A stretch of 64,000 nt of DNA, taken from assembly GCA_964016885.1 (NCBI GenBank), contig OZ024740.1, positions 107,508,001-107,572,000 of the forward strand, written 5' to 3'. The notes under the pieces are model-generated. The model was not told the DNA's origin, searched no databases, and worked only from the letters and a program-made list of their open reading frames with translations. This DNA comes from Eledone cirrhosa (Eukaryota). The position numbers and the translations under genes are program-made. The number at the start of each line of letters is the position of its first letter. Within the stretch, counting starts at the first letter, position 1. This document shows, piece after piece, positions 1-10,700 of this stretch.

Positions 1-266
1 TTCTAACACCAACTACGTTACAGTATAAACTGGTTGCTTTTCATCATGGCACCCAAACGATCACCTTACAGGGTGAACCTGGCACTTTTTGTCATATCAC
101 CAACACGACCACCTTACAGTATGGGCTGGGTGCTTTTTGTCATGTCACCAGCACAACCACTTTATAGTGTGGACTGGGTGCTTTTTGTTGTGTCACCAAC
201 ATGACCACCTTACAGGATGGACTGGGCACTTTTTGTTGTCACCAGCACAACCACTTAACAGTATAG
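1..266. repeat. Degenerate 48-bp minisatellite, about 5.5 copies, probably continuing left of the window
   Basis: The motif CACCTTACAG and its variants start at 14, 62, 110, 158, 206 and 252 (spacing 48, 48, 48, 48, 46). Each is followed by ...TGG..CTTTTTGT...CACCA. Copies are clearly diverged and show no visible similarity to the 90-bp monomer. Confidence 0.9.
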
Positions 267-292
267 TATTATCATTATAATGTTAGTAAAGA

Positions 293-329
293 TTACTGCT
301 ACTCTCTACATGTAGCCATCTTTTTAAAA
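293..329 (+). mobile_element. Possible further 5' extension of the LINE fragment
   Basis: 293-313 reads LLLLSTC and, after a frameshift, 315-329 reads AIFLK. This resembles the ELLP.LT....SLK.KGKVY context expected just upstream of KVY in RTE ORF2. It is short and needs two indels. Confidence 0.4.
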
Positions 330-559
330 GGTGTATGATGCATGTGTGACAAGTGACATGATATATAGGAGCAAGACATGGGTGATGAACATGGACCAAC
401 AGAACTGACTGGCAAGAATGGAAGTAATGGTTCAATGGATGAGTAGAGTATTGTTCAGAGAGGATGATAGGAATAAAGTCAGTGATGAATGTTGTAGAGA
501 GAAATGGAATAAGATGGTTGGATCATGTATTGAGGAAAGATGACAGTGGCAGGGTGAGA
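328..559 (+). mobile_element. Decayed fragment of a non-LTR retrotransposon (LINE, most likely RTE clade): C-terminal, post-RT part of ORF2
   Basis: Bases 328-462 translate as KVYDACVTSDMIYRSKTWVMNMDQQN*LARMEVMVQWMSRVLFRE. After a frameshift or deletion near 462, 461-559 reads RMIGIKSVMNVVERNGIRWLDHVLRKDDSGRVR. This follows the motif order known from RTE ORF2 C-termini: KVY.ACVRS.M.YGSETW, then RL.R.EM.M.RWM, then GI..V...V.R.RLRW(F/L)GHV.R. An in-frame TGA at 406-408 and the frameshift show it is non-functional. Recognised by motif, not by search. Confidence 0.85.
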
Positions 560-990
560 GGAGTAGAGTCAGTAATGAATGTTGTGAAGATAAATGGAAT
601 AAGATGGTTGGGCCATGTATTGAGGAAAGATGACAGTGGCTGGGTGAGAGGAGTAGAGCCAGTAATGAATGTTGTGAAGAGAAATGGAATAAGATGGTTG
701 GGCCATGTATTGAGGAAAGATGACAGTGGCTGGGTGAGAGGAGTAGAGCTAGTAATGAATGTTGTGAAGAGAAATGGAATAAGATGGTTGGGCCATGTAT
801 TGAGGAAAGATGACAGTGGCTGGGTGAGAGGAGTAGAGCCAGTAATGAATGTTGTGAAGAGAAATGGAATAAGATGGTTGGGCCATGTATTGAGGAAAGA
901 TGACAGTGGCTGGGTGAGAGGAGTAGAGCCAGTAATGAATGTTGTGAAGAGAAATGGAATAAGATGGTTGGGCCATGTATTGAGGAAAGG

Positions 991-2950
991 TGACAGTGGC
1001 TGGGTGAGAGGAGTAGAGCCAGTAATGAATGTTGTGAAGAGAAATGGAATAAGATGGTTGGGCCATGTATTGAGGAAAGATGACAGTGGCTGGGTGAGAG
1101 GAGTAGAGCCAGTAATGAATGTTGTGAAGAGAAATGGAATAAGATGGTTGGGCCATGTATTGAGGAAAAATGACAGTGGCTGGGTGAGAGGAGTAGAGCC
1201 AGTAATGAATGTTGTGAAGAGAAATGGAATAAGGTGGTTGGGCCATGTATTGAGGAAAGATGACAGTGGCTGGGTGAGAGGAGTAGAGCCAGTAATGAAT
1301 GTTGTGAAGAGAAATGGAATAAGGTGGTTGGGCCATGTATTGAGGAAAGATGACAGTGGCTGGGTGAGAGGAGTAGAGCCAGTAATGAATGTTGTGAAGA
1401 GAAATGGAATAAGGTGGTTGGGCCATGTATTGAGGAAAGATGACAGTGGCTGGGTGAGAGGAGTAGAGCCAGTAATGAATGTTGTGAAGAGAAATGGAAT
1501 AAGATGGTTGGGCCATGTATTGAGGAAAGATGACAGTGGCTGGGTGAGAGGAGTAGAGCCAGTAATGAATGTTGTGAAGAGAAATGGAATAAGATGGTTG
1601 GGCCATGTATTGAGGAAAGATGACAGTGGCTGGGTGAGAGGAGTAGAGCCAGTAATGAATGTTGTGAAGAGAAATGGAATAAGATGGTTGGGCCATGTAT
1701 TGAGGTAAGATGACAGTGGCTGGGTGAGAGGAGTAGAGCCAGTAATGAATGTTGTGAAGAGAAATGGAATAAGATGGTTGGGCCATGTATTGAGGAAAGA
1801 TGACAGTGGCTGGGTGAGAGGAGTAATGAATGTTGTGAAGAGAAATGGAATAAGATGGTTGGGCCATGTATTGAGGAAAGATGACAGTGGCTGGGTGAGA
1901 GGAGTAGAGCCAGTAATGAATGTTGTGAAGAGAAATGGAATAAGATGGTTGGGCCATGTATTGAGGAAAGATGACAGTGGCTGGGTGAGAGGAGTAGAGC
2001 CAGTAATGAATGTTGTGAAGAGAAATGGAATAAGATGGTTGGGCCATGTATTGAGGAAAAATGACAGTGGCTGGGTGAGAGGAGTAGAGCCAGTAATGAA
2101 TGTTGTGAAGAGAAATGGAATAAGGTGGTTGGGCCATGTATTGAGGAAAGATGACAGTGGCTGGGTGAGAGGAGTAGAGCCAGTAATGAATGTTGTGAAG
2201 AGAAATGGAATAAGGTGGTTGGGCCATGTATTGAGGAAAGATGACAGTGGCTGGGTGAGAGGAGTAGAGCCAGTAATGAATGTTGTGAAGAGAAATGGAA
2301 TAAGGTGGTTGGGCCATGTATTGAGGAAAGATGACAGTGGCTGGGTGAGAGGAGTAGAGCCAGTAATGAATGTTGTGAAGAGAAATGGAATAAGATGGTT
2401 GGGCCATGTATTGAGGAAAGATGACAGTGGCTGGGTGAGAGGAGTAGAGCCAGTAATGAATGTTGTGAAGAGAAATGGAATAAGATGGTTGGGCCATGTA
2501 TTGAGGAAAGATGACAGTGGCTGGGTGAGAGGAGTAGAGCCAGTAATGAATGTTGTGAAGAGAAATGGAATAAGATGGTTGGGCCATGTATTGAGGTAAG
2601 ATGACAGTGGCTGGGTGAGAGGAGTAGAGCCAGTAATGAATGTTGTGAAGAGAAATGGAATAAGATGGTTGGGCCATGTATTGAGGAAAGATGACAGTGG
2701 CTGGGTGAGAGGAGTAATGAATGTTGTGAAGAGAAATGGAATAAGATGGTTGGGCCATGTATTGAGGAAAGATGACAGTGGCTGGGTGAGAGGAGTAGAG
2801 CCAGTAATGAATGTTGTGAAGAGAAATGGAATAAGATGGTTGGGCCATGTATTGAGGAAAGATGACAGTGGCTGGGTGAGAGGAGTAGAGCCAGTAATGA
2901 ATGTTGTGAAGAGAAATGGAATAAGATGGTTGGGCCATGTATTGAGGAAA
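991..2950 (+). repeat. 891-bp (10-monomer) higher-order duplication, about 2 copies
   Basis: Markers recur at an exact 891-bp offset (9x90+81): AAAAAT at about 1169/2060, three consecutive AAGGTGG units, the AGGTAA stop at 1706/2597, and an 81-bp unit at about 1825/2716. Confidence 0.9.
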
Positions 2951-4720
2951 GATGACAGTGGCTGGGTGAGAGGAGTAGAGCCAGTAATGAATGTTGTGAA
3001 GAGAAATGGAATAAGAAGGTTGGATCATGTATTGAGGAAAGATGACAGTGGCTGGGTGAGAGGAGTAGAGCCAGTAATGAATGTTGTGAAGAGAAATGGA
3101 ATAAGATGGTTGGGCCATGTATTGAGGAAAGATGACAGTGGCTGGGTGAGAGGAGTAGAGCCAGTAATGAATGTTGTGAAGTGAAATGGAATAAGATGGT
3201 TGGGCCATGTATTGAGGAAAGATGACAGTGGCTGGGTGAGAGCAGTAGAGCCAGTAATGAATGTTGTGAAGAGAAATGGAATAAGATGGTTGGGCCATGT
3301 ATTGAGGAAAGATGACAGTGGCTGGGTGAGAGGAGTAGAGCCAGTAATGAATGTTGTGAAGAGAAATGGAATAAGATGGTTGGGCCATGTATTGAGGAAA
3401 GATGATAGTGGCTGGGTGAGAGGAGTAGAGCCAGTAATGAATGTTGTGAAGAGAAATGGAATAAGATGGTTGGGCCATGTATTGAGGAAAGATGACAGTG
3501 GCTGGGTGAGAGCAGTAGAGCCACTAATGAATGTTGTGAAGAGAAATGGAATAAGATGGTTGGGCCATGTATTGAGGAAAGATGACAGTGGCTGGGTGAG
3601 AGGAGTAGAGCCAGTAATGAATGTTGTGAAGAGAAATGGAATAAGATGATTGGGCCATGTATTGAGGAAAGCTGACAGTGGCTGGGTGAGAGGAGTAGAG
3701 CCAGTAATGAATGTTGTGAAGAGAAATGGAATAAGATGGTTGGGCCATGTATTGAGGAAAGATGACAGTGGCTGGGTGAGAGGAGTAGAGCCAGTAATGA
3801 ATGTTGCGAAGAGAAATGGAATAAGATGGTTGGGCCATGTATTGAGGAAAGATGACAGTGGCTGGGTGAGAGCAGTAGAGCCAGTAATGAATGTTGTGAA
3901 GAGAAATGGAATAAGATGGTTGGGCCATGTATTGAGGAAAGATGACAGTGGCTGGGTGAGAGGAGTAGAGCCAGTAATGAATGTTGTGAAGAGAAATGAA
4001 ATAAGATGGTTTGGCCATGTATTGAGGAAAGATGACAGTGGCTGGGTGAGAGGAGTAGAGCCAGTAATGAATGTTGTGAAGAGAAATGGAATAAGATGGT
4101 TGGGCCATGTATTGAGGAAAGATGACAGTGGCTGGGTGAGAGGAGTAGAGCCAGTAATGAATGTTGTGAAGAGAAATGGAATAAGATGGTTGGGCCATGT
4201 ATTGAGGAAAAATGACAGTGGCTGGGTGAGAGGAGTAATGAATGTTGTGAAGAGAAATGGAATAAGATGGTTGGGCCATGTATTGAGGAAAGATGACAGT
4301 GGCTGGGTGAGAGCAGTAGAGCCAGTAATGAATGTTGTGAAGAGAAATGGAATAAGATGGTTGGGCCATGTATTGAGGAAAGATGACAGTGGCTGGGTGA
4401 GAGGAGTAGAGCCAGTAATGAATGTTGTGAAGAGAAATGGAATAAGATGGTTGGGCCATGTATTGAGGAAAAATGACAGTGGCTGGGTGAGAGGAGTAAT
4501 GAATGTTGTGAAGAGAAATGGAATAAGATGGTTGGGCCATGTATTGAGGAAAGATGACAGTGGCTGGGTGAGAGCAGTAGAGCCAGTAATGAATGTTGTG
4601 AAGAGAAATGGAATAAGATGGTTGGGCCATGTATTGAGGAAAGATGACAGTGGCTGGGTGAGAGGAGTAGAGCCAGTAATGAATGTTGTGAAGAGAAATG
4701 GAATAAGATGGTTGGGCCAT

Positions 4721-4760
4721 GTATTGAGGAAAAATGACAGTGGCTGGGTGGGTATTGAGG
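4721..4760 (+). other. 31-bp truncated monomer, the only phase break in the array
   Basis: GTATTGAGG occurs at 4721 and again at 4752, with junction CTGGGTG-G-GTATTGAGG. The + strand repeat ORF changes frame only here. Confidence 0.92.
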
Positions 4761-7700
4761 AAAGATGACAGTGGCTGGGTGAGAGGAGTAGAGCCAGTAA
4801 TGAATGTTGTGAAGGGAAATGGAATAAGATGTTTGGGCCATGTATTGAGGAAAGATGACAGTGGCTGGGTGAGAGGAGTAGAGCCAGTAATGAATGTTGT
4901 GAAGAGAAATGGAATAAGATGGTTGGGCCATGTATTGAGGAAAGATGACAGTGGCTGGGTGAGAGCAGTAGAGCCAGTAATGAATGTTGTGAAGAGAAAT
5001 GGAATAAGATGGTTGGGCCATGTATTGAGGAAAGATGACAGTGGCTGGGTGAGAGCAGTAGAGCCAGTAATGAATGTTGTGAAGAGAAATGGAATAAGAT
5101 GGTTGGGCCATGTATTGAGGAAAGATGATAGTGGCTGGGTGAGAGGAGTAGAGCCAGTAATGAATGTTGTGAAGAGAAATGGAATAAGATGGTTGGGCCA
5201 TGTATTGAGGAAAGATGACAGTGGCTGGGTGAGAGCAGTAGAGCCAGTAATGAATGTTGTGAAGAGAAATGGAATAAGATGGTTGGGCCATGTATTGAGG
5301 AAAGATGACAGTGGCTGGGTGAGAGGAGTAGAGCCAGTAATGAATGTTGTGAAGAGAAATGGAATAAGATGGTTGGGCCATGTATTGAGGAAAGATGACA
5401 GTGGCTGGGTGAGAGGAGTAGAGCCAGTAATGAATGTTGTGAAGAGAAATGGAATAAGATGATTGGGCCATGTATTGAGGAAAGCTGACAGTGGCTGGGT
5501 GAGAGGAGTAGAGCCAGTAATGAATGTTGTGAAGAGAAATGGAATAAGATGGTTGGGCCATGTATTGAGGAAAGATGACAGTGGCTGGGTGAGAGGAGTA
5601 GAGCTAGTAATGAATGTTGTGAAGAGAAATGGAATAAGATGGTTGGGCCATGTATTGAGGAAAGATGACAGTGGCTGGGTGAGAGGAGTAGAGCTAGTAA
5701 TGAATGTTGTGAAGAGAAATGGAATAAGATGGTTGGGCCATGTATTGAGGAAAGATGACAGTGGCTGGGTGAGAGGAGTAGAGCTAGTAATGAATGTTGT
5801 GAAGAGAAATGGAATAAGATGGTTGGGCCATGTATTGAGGAAAGATGACAGTGGCTGGGTGAGAGCAGTAGAGCCAGTAATGAATGTTGTGAAGAGAAAT
5901 GGAATAAGATGGTTGGGCCATGTATTGAGGAAAGATGACAGTGGCTGGGTGAGAGGAGTAGGGCCAGTAATGAATGTTGTGAAGAGAAATGGAATAAGAT
6001 GGTTGGGCCATGTATTGAGGAAAGATGACAGTGGCTGGGTGAGAGCAGTAGAGCCAGTAATGAATGTTGTGAAGAGAAATGGAATAAGATGGTTTGGCCA
6101 TGTATTGAGGAAAGATGACAGTGGCTGGGTGAGAGGAGTAGAGCCAGTAATGAATGTTGTGAAGAGAAATGGAATAAGATGGTTGGGCCATGTATTGAGG
6201 AAAGATGACAGTGGCTGGGTGAGAGCAGTAGGGCCAGTAATGAATGTTGTGAAGAGAAATGGAATAAGATGGTTGGGCCATGTATTGAGGAAAAATGACA
6301 GTGGCAGGGTGAGAGGAGTAGAGCCAGTAATGAATGTTGTGAAGAGAAATGGAATAAGATGGTTGGGCCATGTATTGAGGAAAAATGACAGTGGCAGGGT
6401 GAGAGGAGTAGGGCCAGTAATGAATGTTGTGAAGAGAAATGGAATAAGATGGTTGGGCCATGTATTGAGGAAAAATGACAGTGGCAGGGTGAGAGGAGTA
6501 GAGCCAGTAATGAATGTTGTGAAGAGAAATGGAATAAGATGGTTGGGCCATGTATTGAGGAAAAATGACAGTGGCTGGGTGAGAGGAGTAATGAATGTTG
6601 TGAAGAGAAATGGAATAAGATGGTTGGGCCATGTATTGAGGAAAGATGATAGTGGCTGGGTGAGAGGAGTAGAGCCAGTAATGAATGTTGTGAAGGGAAA
6701 TGGAATAAGATGTTTGGGCCATGTATTGAGGAAAGATGACAGTGGCTGGGTGAGAGGAGTAGAGCCAGTAATGAATGTTGTGAAAGGAAATGGAATAAGA
6801 TGTTTGGGCCATGTATTGAGGAAAGATGACAGTGGCTGGGTGAGAGGAGTAGAGCCAGTAATGAATGTTGTGAAGAGAAATGGAATAAGATGGTTGGGCC
6901 ATGTATTGAGGAAAGATGACAGTGGCTGGGTGAGAGGAGTAGAGCTAGTAATGAATGTTGTGAAGAGAAATGGAATAAGAAGGTTGGATCATGTATTGAG
7001 GAAAGATGACAGTGGCTGGCTGAGAGGAGTAGAGCCAGTAATGAATGTTGTGAAGGGAAATGGAATAAGATGTTTGGGCCATGTATTGAGGAAAGATGAC
7101 AGTGGCTGGGTGAGAGGAGTAGAGCCAGTAATGAATGTTGTGAAGGGAAATGGAATAAGATGGTTGGGCCATGTATTGAGGAAAGATGACAGTGGCTGGG
7201 TGAGAGGAGTAGAGCCAGTAATGAATGTTGTGAAGAGAAATGGAATAAGATGGTTGGGCCATGTATTGAGGAAAGATGACAGTGGCTGGGTGAGAGGAGT
7301 AGAGACAGTCATGAATGTTGTGAAGAGAAATGGAATAAGATGGTTGGGCCATGTATTGAGGAAAGATGACAGTGGCTGGGTGAGAGGAGTAGAGCCAGTA
7401 ATGAATGTTGTGAAGAGAAATGGAATAAGATGGTTGGGCCATGTATTGAGGAAAGATGACAGTGGCTGGGTGAGAGGAGTAGAGCCAGTAATGAATGTTG
7501 TGAAGAGAAATGGAATAAGATGGTTGGGCCATGTATTGAGGAAAGATGACAGTGGCTGGGTGAGAGGAGTAGAGCCAGTAATGAATGTTGTGAAGAGAAA
7601 TGGAATAAGATGGTTGGGCCATGTATTGAGGAAAGATGACAGTGGCTGGGTGAGAGGAGTAGAGACAGTCATGAATGTTGTGAAGAGAAATGGAATAAGA

Positions 7701-10700
7701 TGGTTGGGCCATGTATTGAGGAAAGATGACAGTGGCTGGGTGAGAGGAGTAGAGCCAGTAATGAATGTTGTGAAGAGAAATGGAATAAGATGGTTGGGCC
7801 ATGTATTGAGGAAAGATGACAGTGGCTGGGTGAGAGGAGTAGAGCCAGTAATGAATGTTGTGAAGAGAAGTGGAATAAGATGGTTGGGCCATGTATTGAG
7901 GAAAGATGACAGTGGCTGGGTGAGAGGAGTAGAGCCAGTAATGAATGTTGTGAAGAGAAATGGAATAAGATGGTTGGGCCATGTATTGAGGAAAGATGAC
8001 AGTGGCTGGGTGAGAGGAGTAGAGACAGTCATGAATGTTGTGAAGAGAAATGGAATAAGATGGCTGGGCCATGTATTGAGGAAAGATGACAGTGGCTGGG
8101 TGAGAGGAGTAGAGCCAGTAATGAATGTTGTGAAGAGAAATGGAATAAGATGGTTGGGCCATGTATTGAGGAAAGATGACAGTGGCTGGGTGAGAGGAGT
8201 AGAGCCAGTAATGAATGTTGTGAAGAGAAATGGAATAAGAAGGTTGGATCATGTATTGAGGAAAGATGACAGTGGCTGGGTGAGAGGAGTAGAGCCAGTA
8301 ATGAATGTTGTGAAGAGAAATGGAATAATAAGGTTGGATCATGTATTGAGGAAAGATGACAGTGGCTGGGTGAGAGGATTAGAGCCAGTAATGAATGTTG
8401 TGAAGAGAAATGGAATAAGATGGTTGGGCCATGTATTGAGGAAAGATGACAGTGGCTGGGTGAGAGGAGTAGAGCCAGTAATGAATGTTGTGAAGAGAAA
8501 TGGAATAAGATGGTTGGGCCATGTATTGAGGAAAGATGACAGTGGCTGGGTGAGAGGAGTAGAGCCAGTAATGAATGTTGTGAAGAGAAATGGAATAAGA
8601 TGGTTGGGCCATGTATTGAGGAAAGATGACAGTGGCTGGGTGAGAGGAGTAGAGTCAGTAATGAATGTTGTGAAGAGAAATGGAATAAGATGGTTGGGCC
8701 ATGTATTGAGGAAAGATGACAGTGGCTGGGTGAGAGGATTAGAGCCAGTAATGAATGTTGTGAAGAGAAATGGAATAAGATGGTTGGGCCATGTATTGAG
8801 GAAAGATGACAGTGGCTGGGTGAGAGCAGTAGAGCCAGTAATGAATGTTGTGAAGAGAAATGGAATAAGATGGTTGGGCCATGTATTGAGGAAAGATGAC
8901 AGTGGCTGGGTGAGAGGAGTAGAGCCAGTAATGAATGTTGTGAAGAGAAATGGAATAAGATGGTTGGGCCATGTATTGAGGAAAGATGACAGTGGCTGGG
9001 TGAGAGCAGTAGAGCCAGTAATGAATGTTGTGAAGAGAAATGGAATAATAAGGTTGGATCATGTATTGAGGAAAGATGACAGTGGCTGGGTGAGAGGAGT
9101 AGAGCCAGTAATGAATGTTGTGAAGAGAAATAGAATAAGATGGTTGGGCCATGTATTGAGGAAAGATGACAGTGGCTGGGTGAGAGGAGTAGAGCTAGTA
9201 ATGAATGTTGTGAAGAGAAATGGAATAAGATGGTTGGGCCATGTATTGAGGAAAGATGACAGTGGCTGGGTGAGAGGAGTAGAGCCAGTAATGAATGTTG
9301 TGAAGAGAAATGGAATAAGATGGTTGGGCCATGTATTGAGGAAAAATGACAGTGGCTGGGTGAGAGGAGTAATGAATGTTGTGAAGAGAAATGGAATAAG
9401 ATGGTTGGGCCATGTATTGAGGAAAGATGACAGTGGCTGGGTGAGAGGAGTAGAGCCAGTAATGAATGTTGTGAAGAGAAATGGAATAAGATGGTTGGGC
9501 CATGTATTGAGGAAAAATGACAGTGGCTGGGTGAGAGGAGTAATGAATGTTGTGAAGAGAAATGGAATAAGATGGTTGGGCCATGTATTGAGGAAAGATG
9601 ACAGTGGCTGGGTGAGAGGAGTAGAGCCAGTAATGAATGTTGTGAAGAGAAATGGAATAAGATGGTTGGGCCATGTATTGAGGAAAAATGACAGTGGCTG
9701 GGTGAGAGGAGTAATGAATGTTGTGAAGAGAAATGGAATAAGATGGTTGGGCCATGTATTGAGGAAAGATGACAGTGGCTGGGTGAGTGGAGTAGAGCCA
9801 GTAATGAATGTTGTGAAGAGAAATGGAATAAGATGGTTGGGCCATGTATTGAGGAAAGATCACAGTGGCTGGGTGAGAGGAGTAGAGCCAGTAATGAATG
9901 TTGTGAAGAGAAATGGAATAAGATGGTTGGGTCATGTATTGAGGAAAGATGACAGTGGCTGGGTGAGAGGAGTAATGAATGTTGTGAAGAGAAATGGAAT
10001 AAGATGGTTGGGCCATGTATTGAGGAAAGATGATAGTGGCTGGGTGAGAGGAGTAATGAATGTTGTGAAGAGAAATGGAATAAGATGGTTGGGCCATGTA
10101 TTGAGGAAAGATGACAGTGGCTGGGTGAGAGGAGTAATGAATGTTGTGAAGAGAAATGGAATAAGATGGTTGGGCCATGTATTGAGGAAAGATGACAGTC
10201 GCTGGGTGAGAGGGGTAGAGCCAGTAATGAATGTTGTGAAGAGAAATGGAATAAGATGGTTGGGCCATGTATTGAGGAAAGATGACAGTGGCTGGGTGAG
10301 AGGAGTAATGAATGTTGTGAAGAGAAATGGAATAAGATGGTTGGGCCATGTATTGAGGAAAGATGACAGTGGCTGGGTGAGAGGAGTAATGAATGTTGTG
10401 AAGAGAAATGGAATAAGATGGTTGGGCCATGTATTGAGGAAAGATGACAGTCGCTGGGTGAGAGGGGTAGAGCCAGTAATGAATGTTGTGAAGAGAAATG
10501 GAATAAGATGGTTGGGCCATGTATTGAGGAAAGATGACAGTGGCTGGGTGAGAGGAGTAGAGCCAGTAATGAATGTTGTGAAGAGAAATGGAATAAGATG
10601 GTTGGATCATGTATTGAGGAAAGATGACAGTGGCTGGGTGAGAGGGGTAGAGCCAGTAATGAATGTTGTGAAGAGAAATGGAATAAGATGGTTGGGCCAT

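Noticed and set aside
89-280. 63-aa His/Cys-rich ORF
   Set aside because: It is the translation of the 48-bp minisatellite (16-aa period) from a TTG start, with no other coding evidence.
306-315. 10-bp palindrome CTACATGTAG
   Set aside because: It is short, single and has no supporting context, so it is compatible with chance.
321-329. TTTTTAAAA as an L1-type endonuclease target site marking the 5' insertion junction
   Set aside because: It can equally be read as codons of the LINE ORF (F-L-K), with weak homology continuing upstream to about 293. No second target-site copy is visible in the window.
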